Notes under the pieces: generated by a model | The model's database searches: none | Told to the model about the DNA's origin: nothing | What the model saw: the letters and a program-made list of their open reading frames with translations, nothing else | In this document: positions 33,685 to 46,600 of the stretch, piece by piece | Position numbering within the stretch: position 1 is the stretch's first letter | How the letters are laid out: each line of letters starts with the position of its first letter | Made by a program: the position numbers and the translations under genes | DNA from: Marsupella aquatica | Taxonomy: Eukaryota; Plantae; Marchantiophyta | Direction: 5' to 3' | Length of the DNA: 64,000 bases | Assembly: GCA_973895155.1 (NCBI GenBank) | Contig: OZ316898.1 | Coordinates: 16,289,420 to 16,353,419 of the forward strand

Positions 33685-35468
33685 TTTACCCGCTTAGCTC
33701 AAAATTTCGGGGCTCCTACACTATCGTAGCAATCTGATTCTCTAGTGAATCGGAGAGCTTCACTCTACTCCACTGCTATGTGACCACCGCAATACCCTTA
33801 CAAATTCTCCAGACACGTTCAATGATATACGACAGGCAGCAGCAGCAGGAACAGGAACAGAGATGAGGCAATGGAGACTCAGAGGTTGCATTCAACGATC
33901 GAATTTCAGGGCAGGAGCGATGGACACCTCTCGCTCGCTCGCGCATTACATGATGAACCGAGTGCTTTATGAACTTCCCCAACTTGATCCAACGACATGT
34001 CGGATCGTCAAGGATTGTGTGGCGGAGATTTGCGCCAAAGGTTGACGAGTGTTAATGCAGTTTGCGTAAGAGAAGGCGGCCAGCTTGGTGGGGAACAGGA
34101 TAAGGCGTCCTCGCGTATGGAGGGCCACTAGTGAGAAAGAGACCAACCAAGTCATCCGATATCGTTAGAGCTAGCGTATTTTTCTAAGGATTTTACTTTT
34201 TCGCCAGAGTGGCGAATGTACATTGTGTGAAGGAGAAGATGCTCAAAAGATTCATTATTCAATTATTTTGCTCAGAGTCACATATTACTAGATTTAAGGC
34301 TGGCCCAGATCTTCCTAGAGTTAAGGCCATCTTCCTAGATTTAAGGCCGGCTGTTAGATCCTGGCTAATGGGGCCTGCAATTTTGTTGAACACTGGCTAA
34401 TGTGGGCCAAAGATTCTTGGGGAGGTGGAATTTTGTGAATTTTTACCACTAAAAAAATCACTCCTTAGAGCATCTCTAACACTTTGTGGGTTTGGCTGAA
34501 AGGTACATTATTAATTAGGGCATCTCACACCTGGGATGGTCAATTCCTTTAGCGGAATCTCAGATTGCCCTTAGAGCGCCACTGTCCATGACAAAACCTG
34601 GATCCACCAGTTTTTGAGACCTTAGAGGAGAGAAATGTGAAAACATGATAAGTCTTGGTCACTTCTCCTTTTATATGGACAGTGGTGGTTTTACTCCAGT
34701 GATGGTCATGGTCACTCATACAGCTACGCACCAGGGGGTAGGGTTTGACCAGTCTCTTGAGGGGCAATATTTATGGAAAAACTTTCTACTAACCTGTCCC
34801 CTAAACTAACCAATATTTGGCCCGCAAACAAAATTATTTATCAACTCATCTCTATTTTTTATTTGGGTTAGTATTAACTTGTATAGGGGTTCCTGTTGTC
34901 ATTTGGTGAGTCACTATTGGCTAGCCTTAATTTGTTGCAACCCCCTTTACCCGTTGCATGGCACAATCGCATGTGCGAGAGAGGCAAAAACACGTTATCT
35001 GCAGGCTAAGAGCATCTCCAGCGTTGCTCGCTGTTGGGCCCGCAACCGCTATTTTCAGGACTTTGCCTCAACTTTTCCCAAAACCTTCCCCACCAGTACC
35101 TCCATCTGATAAATTATCATGGTGACCGCAATAATTTCAACCTGGCAACCTCCAGTTTTTGTGAGAAAGGTGCTGACGTGCAATGCCCGGACGCTAACCT
35201 GAAAAGCGATCAACGGTGATGAAGCCAGCATGCGGCAGCAGCAGGCGGAACCCTGACGACCTGCTTGAAAACCTGCCTCACACCAGAAAACATGCCTCTC
35301 ACCTAGCATGTTGCAAATCCATGGGATTCGATTTGCAGGAAGTCGAGCTAAGTCATGCAGAATCTCGTGGGCCAAGCTTCAATAGTGCAGCTCATACGTG
35401 AGCTTGAACAATGATTGCGATGGCACCAATCCGTGGCAAGAAGTATTCAACCAAGGAGCTTAAGCAGG

Positions 35469-38400
35469 TGTGATAACATGGTTAAGAAGAAAGGAATAAA
35501 GAAAGTGGAAAAATTAAAATTTTTTGCCTTTGAAGCGGGAAGGAAGAACCTTAAATGCTAACAAAACCATTATTGAAAGTCTAACAACCATTCAAGAGAT
35601 TAAGAGAAGGAAAAGAGGTTCAACCGGAAGAAAATATTTCTTGGTAAAAAGAAGGAAACCGGACCACGAACCGGAAGCCATAAAATCGTCTCCGAACACT
35701 ATCAAGAACATCTGACACCAGGATCTTGAAGCCGAGGCTACGCTCTTCGTCCTGGGGAAAACCCATAAGCATTGGACTCCTGACAGTGAGCCGGAATCCC
35801 TCTTAAGGCCGAACCGGTTCTTCTCTTCTCACACCTCTCAAAGCTGAACATAGTAAGTTTTGAGCTCCCGAGTGAATAGGCTTGTCAAAGCAATAGAGAA
35901 AGGAGGCTCTTCCCTTCCGGTTGAGGATCTTGGGTCCGGATTATAGGACCATTCTAGTTTCTGTGAGAGAAAGGTATAAGAGAGCCTTGACCGACTTGTG
36001 TGAGGTGGCAGCCTACTCCTACGCTTGGAGGGAAGGCTGGGGATGTGGAGATTGGCGCTAAGGCCCCCTGTTTTGATAGTTGTCTACTTCCGGGGCTTGA
36101 GCCGGTTTCTGAACCGGAACTGAACCGGTGGCATACCGGTTTCTGCTATATCTCGCTTGCTGGACGTTAGTTTTCGCTGAAAGTGTGCTGAGATGGAGAA
36201 GGTTGGCTGATATACGCGACGGAGTAATTATAGAGGCTATATTCACTTCTAGCTCCTACCTTCTGCCTTCACCTGTTCAAATCTGTTTGCTACTCCAACT
36301 ACCAGGCAGTATGAAGAGTGCCAAGAGCAGTCCTTCTTCCAAGACTCAGAGTGGGACTCCAGTAAAGCCTGAAGTACGACGTTCAAAGAGGAAAGAGGCT
36401 CAGATCACCATGAAGCCCCTGAGACCCCTCATTCCTACTGATGCAGCTGAGAAGGAACAGCTCCGAAAAGATCTTACACTAATGGGCTGTGCCTCCTTGA
36501 TGGATCTTACTTGGGGATTTCTGAGTGAAGACATGGTAAGGGAAGTGCTGGCAGGAGTTCCTCCCACAGAATTTCAGAAGACTGCACGAGCTCGACCAGA
36601 AGCTTGGACCAAGGCATTCGTTGGAGAAGCTTTTCAGCTACCAGTGAAAGGGAGTGGCTTCTGCCCCAGAGGAGAGAATCTCACAATGGAATACTTTGGT
36701 GGCAAGATGGATGCCAAAGAGGGATGGACCATCAACCAGTGTACTCACAAGGACCTCAGGAACGTGATGGCATTCCTAGTCCCCCTCATCTATCCAGAGA
36801 AACCAAGGAGGGTGATTCTTAAAGTAGGAAGTACTATCATTGCTTCCTTCTTCAAAACCAGAGAGGTATCATGGGCTACTATCTTCTCAAGTGTTCTAGA
36901 GAAGCAGGTCTCCGCCCTGTCCAACAGAGCCCCCACTGCTCTCTCCTGTTACTTGGTACATCTATACTCTCATGACCAAACCTTATTCAAACATGAGAAG
37001 AGTGCATTTGGCACCAAGAGCAGCTATGTGAAATATGGAGTCTTGGATCCAGAAATTCAGAGCTTACCAGAGTCTGAAGATGACCCAGAGCCAGAAGAGA
37101 TCGACTTTGTAGGGCCAACCAGGAAGCGGAAGCTCGACAAAACTGAGCCGGCTTCTGATCCGGCTTCTGAACCGGTTTCTGACCCGGTTTCCTACCCGAT
37201 GAGTGGCGCTACTACCTCTTCAGCCGGTCTTTCACACTCTACCTTACACCATTTTTCTTGTTTATTCAAGGATCTTTCGGCCATCAAGACCAAGATGGGA
37301 ATCATGGAACCAGTGCTCTCAAGGCTCTCCCAAGTGACTGGTGTGGCTCCTGCTGACCTTGTGAAGAAAGTGGAGGACCTGATGAAAGGAGATGAGAACA
37401 AGGTCAAGATTGAGCAGCTGGAGAAATCATTAGAGGATGAGAAGAAGAAGAACTATCATCTTGAACAGTTGCTGAACAAGGCAAAGGAGAAGACCACAGC
37501 GGAGCAACTACTCTTCGATAACATTTCCAGAGCTATGGATCACCTGGAACCCTTAGTAGAAACCAAAGGAGAGGACCTGGTACAGACCCAACTATTCAGG
37601 CAGTACTTCATTGATGTTCCCAATCCCCTTCTCATGCCCTTAGTCATCCAGATTGCACATGACTATGGTGAAAAGGTGGAAGAATGCCTCTCTGCCCTCA
37701 AGCTTATCCTTGCTGAACTGAAGAAATTCTATGACCTTTCTGATGAGGAGCAGACTCAATTTGCAGAGAAAGTCACCGTTCCATCTCCACAGGTGACACC
37801 AGCAGAAGGATGGGCTGACTCTCCTGACCCTGATATCACTTCTACCACAGTTACACCCAATTTTCCACCCATTCCGACCTCACCATTTACTACTACCGTT
37901 GGAGGTGTCACTTTCATGCCGAACCCTCTCAACTCCATTGATCCAGTAAGTAGACTCCACATCGGTGAAACCTGACACTTCAACTCCTGAAGAGTAAAAA
38001 GTTATTCCATCCGGAAGTTGAACCGGCTTCCCATCCGGTTTCCCACCCGGTTTTTGATCCGGTTTAGTGTTTGAAGCCCTATAAAACTTAGTATAGGAAG
38101 AATTAGACTTTGAATTTTTGCTGAGCACTTTATCTCATAGTCTAGTTTCATATTTTAGCATTACTTTTTACTTTTACACTTAGGTTAGGAATTGAAGAGG
38201 CATACCTCTTCAACTTTTGTTTAGAGGAGACTTGCCCCTAAGTATAAGAGGGAAAGTTTCCACCATTTTACTCAGACTTACATTTCACTTTTGAAAGTCT
38301 TCTTCTTTGAAGAGAAGTAATAGATTCATAATTTTGGTGATCTATGCTTTGTGTTTGGACATTAGTGTGTGACCATTCTTGCTAGAAAATCTATGGAAAG

Positions 38401-39096
38401 TGACTAGCAATGTCATAGTCAACCTTTAGGCTGACTGGAAATGCATGCCTGAGACCATGCAAAGGTCTAAAGATTCATGTTGACTATGGAATACTTATGG
38501 CTTATTAAGTATTAGTGGAAGAAGCACCATACGAGAACTCACAAATTGCGTAGTCCTAAAAGAGCAATCTGAAGGATTGAATAGAAGAATAAGTTAGTTC
38601 GGAGTAATCAGTACCACCTTTGCCTTAACATAGGTCAGAAAGTTAACACGGGCTATCTTATATACATCTTTTACAAATTCTTAGATGGTTGGCTTTAAGG
38701 ATTAGCTTTAGGCATCAGCCTAATTTAGTCAGACTCTCTGTTGACTCTTAATCGTGCCTAACTTAGTCATAATTTGCTAAGTGGCGAGAGGAGATTAGAC
38801 ATTTAAGGCTCGCCTAATCCTCTCTTTACGCCTCCGGCTTTTGGTTGTTTTGTTATAGTTTTAGAATTAATTATTGCACTGTTGATGATGCAAACATCAC
38901 AATACCTGAGGATGTATTAAAAACTCCTTCCACCTGACCTAAGCATGTCAGTAAAGGCTTAAAATCTGAGATAGGTTAGCTTAACTATCTCAAAGTATAT
39001 TAATACAATCTTTTAGGTCTCACAAGCTCTTAACGGGAACGAATTCTGGTTGTTTAAGAGGAAAGTAGTTTATATTTCCTTAAACCCTACTCTACA
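35469..39096 (+). mobile_element. Solo giant LTR, family 3 (3628 bp), with 5-bp TSD GCAGG
   Basis: TGTGAT...TCTACA flanked by GCAGG at 35464-35468 and 39097-39101; no gag/pol inside; the interrupted Harbinger frame rejoins across it. Orientation inferred from the ORF. Confidence 0.88.
36311..37975 (+). CDS. Intact LTR-encoded accessory protein (554 aa from the first ATG): globular domain, acidic linker with KRK, coiled coil
   Basis: Uninterrupted frame 36128-37975. GCASLMDLTW...VGEAFQLP...KEGWTINQCTHKDLRNVMAFLVPLIYPEKP distantly parallels the family-1 ORF domain. Confidence 0.8.
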   Translation: MKSAKSSPSSKTQSGTPVKPEVRRSKRKEAQITMKPLRPLIPTDAAEKEQLRKDLTLMGCASLMDLTWGFLSEDMVREVLAGVPPTEFQKTARARPEAWTKAFVGEAFQLPVKGSGFCPRGENLTMEYFGGKMDAKEGWTINQCTHKDLRNVMAFLVPLIYPEKPRRVILKVGSTIIASFFKTREVSWATIFSSVLEKQVSALSNRAPTALSCYLVHLYSHDQTLFKHEKSAFGTKSSYVKYGVLDPEIQSLPESEDDPEPEEIDFVGPTRKRKLDKTEPASDPASEPVSDPVSYPMSGATTSSAGLSHSTLHHFSCLFKDLSAIKTKMGIMEPVLSRLSQVTGVAPADLVKKVEDLMKGDENKVKIEQLEKSLEDEKKKNYHLEQLLNKAKEKTTAEQLLFDNISRAMDHLEPLVETKGEDLVQTQLFRQYFIDVPNPLLMPLVIQIAHDYGEKVEECLSALKLILAELKKFYDLSDEEQTQFAEKVTVPSPQVTPAEGWADSPDPDITSTTVTPNFPPIPTSPFTTTVGGVTFMPNPLNSIDPVSRLHIGET

Positions 39097-41114
39097 GCAG
39101 GTTTACTACAACATCCTGCATGTGTCTCAAGATCCCTGCATTGGGGCTGGGCAGAGGGCAGAGGGCAGAGAGATTCTGGGAAAGGGTGAGAGAGCACTAC
39201 GAGATGAACAAGCCACAAGGCGCAAAAGCTAGGGGCCGGAAATTGTTGGAGCTGGGAAATGGTCCAACATCAAGCACGATGTGGCCAAGTTCATTGGAAT
39301 CTTCCAGCAAGTAGACAATCTGCAAATTTCAGGCACAAATGAGGATGATACATTGCAAAAGGCAAAAGAACTTTATAAACAAAATCACCTGAAAGGGAAA
39401 TCGTTCACTTTCAAACCTTGCTTCTGGATCTTGAGAAATTGCCTACGGTGGGGCAATCCAGCCGACAACATGGCATCCAAGAAGCGTAACAAGAGACACA
39501 CTATGGCAATGAGAAGGGGAAGGACAATGATCCATCCAGTCCCATTGTCCCTGACAATGATCTCTCAACCGAGGGTGCTGATCAGGCACAATCAGATTCA
39601 GTAGACAACGATGGGCAATCTGGGGGCAGGAAGAGGCCTCAAGGCAACAAGAGGGGCACGGAGGATGCCAAGAGACTCAAGTTTGAGCAGGAAGCTCTAA
39701 AGGCGAGTGTGTATGCGCAGAGAGGAATGGCTGCTGCAAATCCGGACCAAGTTGAAGCTATGCAAAAAAATACTCTAAGTTTGAATTTGCTAACGTTGCC
39801 TACTGACCACTTGGCACCAGCAGTGCACAATTTGGTGACCCAGTGGACATTAGAAGAGGCAAGTAAAATGAAAGCAAGGATGGAGAAGCCTACTCCACCA
39901 CCACCTTGGCCTGCTCAACACCCTCTAGTGAATGTTCCTGTAGAGGTAGAAGTTCCAGTTCTAGCTCCAAACTTCCAACCGGTCAGTTTCTATGTCCCAG
40001 ACACCACCAACGACCAGCTGGATTTTGAGAGAGAGATGGCGTGCCCCATCTAGAATACAATACAATTATTAGTTTTGTGTCAACAATTTAGAAAGGATCT
40101 ACAAATATATGACGCAACAATTTTGTAATTGAGAGACAATTGATTATACATTTGTCCTACCTTGAAAAGGAAGCTCAATTTGGGGTACACAACATCATCA
40201 GTTATCAATGACTGATAATTGATATCAGCTGTTGATATTAGTTATCTTAGAAATTTCAGAATCTCAGTTGAGGAGTTGAGATGGAGCCTTTGCACCTCCC
40301 GTGCATCTCAGCTGGGCAGCTGAGGTTCATTCAATCTTGCTGACCTCGCCGAGATGGGCGTGCGGACCGAAAAAAACCAACAAAAAAAATCCAAAATTTT
40401 GAAAAAAAAATTGAAAAAATACATTCATAAATTTTTCTTCCATCTTGGCACTCGAGATGATGTGTCCGTACGGTAGGACGCCCATGGGAAAAAAATTCCA
40501 AAAAGAAACTTTTTCTCTCAAATTGTTTTTTCCATTTTTTCCCCATTTTTTTCCTTTTTTTTCCATTTTTTTCTCGCACCTCAACTTGGCGGCCTTTGGA
40601 GATGAGATGGCAGTTGATATCAGGTTGATTGATGAAAGTTACTGATAATTGATGAGATTACCTATCTCGCTCAATTTCATGATTGAGTAGGACAACATTT
40701 TTTAGTGGCGGAACTTACTTCAACTCTGGTTCTCTCTGGACTCGCTTCACCGCTTCTGCCTTGTTTGGTGTTGTGGAATGGCTCAGTAGAGGCTTGAGTA
40801 GGAAATGCGTCAATTTTTTGCTTTGGAGGAGTAGTAATAACATAGTTCAGCGATTAGCGGAGTTGTTGGGTTTGGGGTAACTTAATAACTAGGGAAGTGG
40901 AATAGGGAAATAAATTGAGGGAGAAGACATGTTGCTCTAAGAAGTATCAAGAGTTGAGCAAATTATTCGATAAGGGCAAAAAGAAGTTATGATAGTCGGC
41001 AAGTCAGGCCGAAGGAAGGTGTCGTGCCCCTAACCCGGGCCTTAAATCCAGTTTAGTACCATGGGGCGACCTTGACCACTAGTAGGGGTGAGGGTTCAGG
41101 CAAGGAGGTGTGTA

Positions 41115-43633
41115 GTAATGGTAATGGTAATGTATTATAAGCTCCGGGACCATGAAAGTCAAAGGAGCTGCCACAAAAAGTAAAGTACAATGCAATCAAA
41201 GAAAAGAGCAACCAAAAGAGATTGCTCAGAAGAGAACAACTATGTCCTCAAAGAAACTATGGACCTAGAGAGCCCTGAAAGATTTTCCAAACCTATTCTC
41301 CTTTCCCTATCCACCGCAAAGATATATCTTCCAAGTTGCTGAGGGGGCAGACCAAACAATGCATACAAATCTTTCACCAAGATTTGAGATGCCATCCTAA
41401 CCCCCTCATAAAACTTGCAAGCAATGAATACATGATATTCATTCTCTATACTAGAGCTATCACATAGTTGACAAACCCTCTTTTTCCTGTCAATATCCTT
41501 CCATCTCCCTTGTTCTACTTCAAGGTGGTGTGAGCTTAGTCTATACTGAGCAATAAGTTGTCTAAGTTGTACTGAGATAGTGCTAGATAAGTATTCTTGT
41601 TCTCGATATTTCTTCATGGGGTTCACATCTCTCATGTAGTATTGCTGCCGTGGGCTAGGTTCATGTCAAAGTTTGTGCAAAGCCTTTTGCTCAAGTTTTG
41701 CTCTTAGCTTGGTTGGGTGTGTTGGCCATTCATGTTCAGGAAAATCCCAAGCATGGGCCCACCTGCACACATCTGCATACCACCCTTTAGCTGAAGATGA
41801 GCGCAAGGCATGAAAAGGAAATCTGTTTTCCTCCAACTCTCTTACACGCATGATGTATTTGAGTGTGTGGAAGAGTGCCTCCACCTCCAAAGGAAACAAG
41901 CCTGCCTCTGCAAGTGTAAGTGCATATGGGGTTTGTGACTTGATCCCAAGCTCCATCTCAAGAAATAGCTTTTGCAGTCCCTCAATCTGTTGCCACCCAG
42001 ATTTAGACACACCTGCTCCCCAAATTGGTGCTCCATAAAGAATGACTGGTTTCACCAAAGCTCCAAAGAGATGTTTCCTTAACCTCCAAGTGTGTAGACC
42101 AGCTCTTTTGCATTTGTTCATGAATGCATAAAAAGCTCTGTACCCATTGGCAGCCCTAGATTTTACACATGAGGCCCAACTCAAGTTTTGAGAGAACTCC
42201 ACCCCAAGGTATTTGTAGGTCCTCACAAATTCCACCAGATTCCCTTGGAAGTAGAGCTCTGGATTTTGTCGTGTGCCAATGCCCAAACACTTGGTCTTCT
42301 TGAGGTTGACTACCATCCCTGTTGCTTGACAGAACTCCTCCAAGGCATTGAGATGTCTTTGCAAAGCTTCTTGAGCATGAGCAAGTAGGACCACATCATC
42401 TGCAAATATAAGAAGTTGGAGGACAAACCTACCCAATTGAGTGCCCACTCCACCATGCTCCTCCAAAATGTTGTGTAGCTGATCAATGAAGATGCCAAAG
42501 AGAGTTGGTGAGAGAGGACAACCTTGGATCACCCCAAGAGTGCTCCAGATTTCTTCAGAGGTTTCCTTTGAAAGTTTGATGCGCACTTCTTGGTACAATT
42601 TAGAAACAGCCAACCTGAGCTCTTCAGGCACTTCCAACTCCACCATCCTATCCCAAAGCTTGGATCGGGAAACTTTGTCAAAGGCCTTGGAGAAGTCCAC
42701 AAACAAGCAAAATAATGGTTTATGTGGAAATTTGGCCTTTTCACACAACCCCCTCAAGCAGAGAATGTGATCCATAGTGCTGAATTCTCTCCTAAAACCT
42801 GCTTGTGAAGGTGCCCTTTTCATCTCACTCTCCAACCAAGAGCTTAATCTGGCTTCAAGTAGTCCTCCCAAAACTTTAGCAAAAGTATTGCCTACCATGA
42901 TGGTTCTGTAGTTGTGCACATCGTCCTTGTTGCCTGCCTTGAAGATAGGCACCACTCTTCTGGTCATCCAAGCTTTAGGTAAACCTAAAGCCATTGCTTG
43001 ATTCAGCTCATGCACCAAGTTTGTTAGTAAAGAGGGTCCTCCCCACAAAAGAAGCTCCAAGTTCAGGCCCAACAGATCTTTAGCTTTCCCATGTTGCATG
43101 TGGGAAAGATGCACCTTCACCTCCCTCTCTGTAAACTGAATGGTGTCCCCAAGGGGCAAAGGCATGCCACTAGCATCTGGAAAGAAATACAAGGATGTGA
43201 CATAGGTTACCAGGTCCTGGTGATCCAAGGGGGGAGTAGTCTTGCCTGATTGCATTCTCTCCCAAAAACATTTTGGATGTTTGATGAACTCCTCACATAG
43301 TGACTGTTGATGACTCTTCAAGAAGCACCTCTTCTTGTGTTTGATGAAGTTCTTGTACATAGTGAATGCCAAAAGTCTCTTTTCCCCTGAATGTGATCTT
43401 GCTTGCATCCTTGCTCTAGCACAATCCTCGTCAAACCAAGCCTTCATGTTTTGCTTTCTAGGGGGTTTGGTGGAGAAAGTAGAGGCTGCTGCTTGTGCTA
43501 TGACTTCTGAGAGCTCAATCTGATCATCCAGGGTATGGAGAAGATGGTCAAAGTTGGCTTTGAAGATGACTTCTCTATCAGGGTCTAGAAACAGAGGTTT
43601 GGGTACTGGCTTTCTATGCACTTTGTTTGGGAT
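41115..43633 (-). mobile_element. RTE/RTEX-like non-LTR retrotransposon, RT and C-terminal part, 5' end cut by an LTR
   Basis: YRTIMV, QAGFR, VDFSKAFD, GVIQGCPLSPTLF, IFADD, YKYLG; one in-frame TGA at 41666-41668; C-terminal HHLEVEQGRW...CQLC...ENEYHVFIAC; (ATTACC)n tail. Confidence 0.9.
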
Positions 43634-46600
43634 TGTGGCCTCGATTAGCCCTAAGTCGGGCTAAGGCAATATACTCACTCGTATAACACTCACGCAACTC
43701 GTACTAGTCATAGGTATATTTGTTTTCCACCGCTGGAATATTCCCATAGTTAGTGACTCGGACTAACTCCCGACTTGGGGCTTTCAAGCCATCGATGCGA
43801 CAGAACCTTATGACATGCAATGGGTGGCAATCCCTACCATTAGTCCGCACCCGGTACGTCCCTTGAAATGGCGCCTTTGCCCAGACAAAGCATACACACA
43901 ACACCAGTTACTCGCGGAAACATTAGAGGGAAAAGACTATATTTACTTAGCGAAGAATCGGTTTACATAGTTGACTCGACTTCTAAGGGGGTCAGCAGGC
44001 CCAACGGCAGTCGATGCCCAGTCTCTACGAGGCCCCGCCCCGCACTCGCCCAACAAGCTCAACTCTGGCTCTCACTCCTTGGTGCACTCTGACCCTGCTC
44101 AGGCCGGGACTCCCCGTGCCTCGCCTTTTCTTACGCTGAGATAACTAAGCCTTCTCCCCTTCCCACAACGGAAGGAGAAGCCTAAATACTACGGTTGCGG
44201 AAAGGAATCGGAAGATACTACCTTCCGGGGTAATGCCTACTGACTAACTACCCTCTGACTAGCCGGCCGCACTCCTTTGACCGGTTGACCATCGACGACA
44301 AGGGCGCTGACCGGGATGGCAGCAGCTAAGTCTATTGACCAAAATCTAGTCGGTTGATGGACTCTATCCTAGGTTGGCTGATCCTAACTGATCCGGTCCT
44401 AATTCCTCCTACTGTGCCGCTAATCAGCACCTAATGACAACTATTATGTCGTTACGCCTAACCAAAAGATGTCGCTGACTCAACTGTCCCGCGCGGCACC
44501 TGCTCACACCCCGTGCTAACCACCCCTTACATGCGAGCCATGGTCGGACCAGGGTTTGTCCCCCTGTCGGGATGAGACCTCGAGCTGCCTTGATCAGAGG
44601 TGGGCCCAGGTCTTCCCCGCTGGAGGACGAGCAGGGTAATGCGGTCCTGCAAGGCCTTGTTATCTTGCACCGCCTCCTCCGCCTCGTTTGCAGCTTCATC
44701 AACCTTTGTTTGGAACCGTGTTACCTCCAAGTTGAGCTGGTCAATGGAGTCACGATGGGTCTGGTCCTGTGCCAACAATTTATCCCATTCGGCGGAGAGA
44801 CTAGCCACCTGCTGAGCTGCTTGTAGGAATTGGTTGTTGAGGTCGGTCAGGCTGGTAACCCAAGCCGAGGATTCCGAGCGCAACTGAAGCACGGTGTCGT
44901 CCAACTTCTTGAGATCCGCTTGCGCCCTGCTCAACTCCTGGGTTAGTCCGTCCTGCTGTTCGACGGTGGGGACTAACTCCTCACGGCGGGTAGTGGCCTC
45001 CTCCTCGAGGTGTTCTACCAGCATTTGGAGGCGCCCGATCTCATTCCCCTTCGCCATGAGTTCTTCTTCCAAGTGGCTTACGATCCGTGGTTGGTGCTCT
45101 AACATGAAGAAGGCTAGTTGAAAGTACGTCAAGACTTGTTATCCAATGTACGTCGCCAGCTCGCCTGACAGAGTCTGACTAAACCTCTGGACCAGGTCGT
45201 AGGCCATAGTCCCCGGGGCTACTTGGTAGTCCTCCATCCTCTCGGGTACCGGTGGTTCCTCGGGCGGGGTGGTGAGCTCCTCCATAGTCTGCACTGGGGA
45301 AGGAAAGGTTTCTTCAGGTGGTGGAGGGATTGGGGGTGGTTGTACTACGGGTAGCGGAGGCTCGACAGAAAGGGGCGGCAGAATTTCAACAGGAGGGGGT
45401 GACAGAGTATTAGTCGGGGCCTCCGGCTTGGGGTTTGCTCAAGGCACGGTAGTCCGCTCGCTCGGGGATGCCTCCTCTGGAGCGGGGGTGACATTAGTCC
45501 GGGCTGAGGTGGCCATATTCTTTCCTCTGGCCTCCCGCCGTGCCTTGTACCAGGCGAGGATGATGGCGATATGATTTCCCACGTAAGTCTTCCCCCCAAT
45601 AGCCATGCCTCCCTGAGCCCACTTAAGCTCCCCCGAGAACCTTTGGTAAAAGAATTGGGCCCAATTCCGCCGTTTGTACTTGTGGTGCGTCCCATGGCTC
45701 CCTAAACCCCAGAAACCCCCCTTCACAAGCCAATTCCCGCGGGTTTCGCGCTTGGCGAGGCCATTTCCGCGGCTTAGTGGCATGGGACGCTGCTAACCTC
45801 CTTCTACTACTACTATTAAAATTTTACACACATATACTGGACAGATCCTTCATCGGGTCATGAGATACGTAGCCGGCCTAATCTAGGCCTTCCCTTGTCT
45901 TCCCCTCCGTCTTGTTAGGTATATTTGGATTCCGCCGCCGGAATGATCCCCAATAGGCTTGGTTAAGCCGCTAAGACCTCTCTCAGCTCGACACATCCAA
46001 CTCTCACTCTCTTGCTTACTTTCCTTCCTATATTAGTTGATGTGGGCACTCTTCACACAAGTTAATGCGACACACAAATAGCAAAATGACTCCTTCTGAC
46101 TGAGTCATACCATGCACTTGCCATACAAACAGTACATCTCATATACAAGCTCTGCGAACTAAGCCATGAGACCAACTCTATTCAGCTCTTAGGCATGAGG
46201 AAACATGAATATACACAAGGGTCACTGTATGACTAACCGAGAGCTTCTCTTACTACTTGATCCCAGCCCGGCTGGTGCAACTAAAAACTTGCTAAAGAAG
46301 AGGCCCTGAGCTCTCCGCTGCCCAGGTACTTATCCTGGTAGTGGATCCGCCTAATTCTTTGCAGCGTAAGCTTAATCTACCTAACTGAATCTACCTATGT
46401 ACAGCGAGGCAGGAGTACAAGTGTTGCTCTTACCAGTGGAACCGCAATCCCACTAAGCTAAGTGTCAGGGCCGCCTCCTGGTCCTGATCCTAATCCTAAA
46501 CTTAGAGATCTGAGCCCGCCCTGCCCACTCACGCCTCCTCCCTCCACGTCCGCCCTCCTTGAAAGGAGCGGCCCTCCACCACCGTCATGGCAGCGGTGGC

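Larger units (their letters stand above)
35010..40053 (+). mobile_element. PIF/Harbinger remnant: Myb/SANT-like ORF split by the solo LTR at 35469-39096
   Basis: TAA-GAGCATCTCCA TIR-like end at 35007-35020. Removing the LTR restores RGKKYSTKELKQ|VYYNILHVSQDP..GAGQ..FWERVREHY..KHDVAKFIG..SGTNEDD..AKELY..FTFKPCFWILR; frameshifted. Right TIR not clearly found. Confidence 0.75.

Noticed and set aside
40327-40645. K/F-rich ORFs
   Set aside because: Artefacts of A- and T-run low-complexity sequence.
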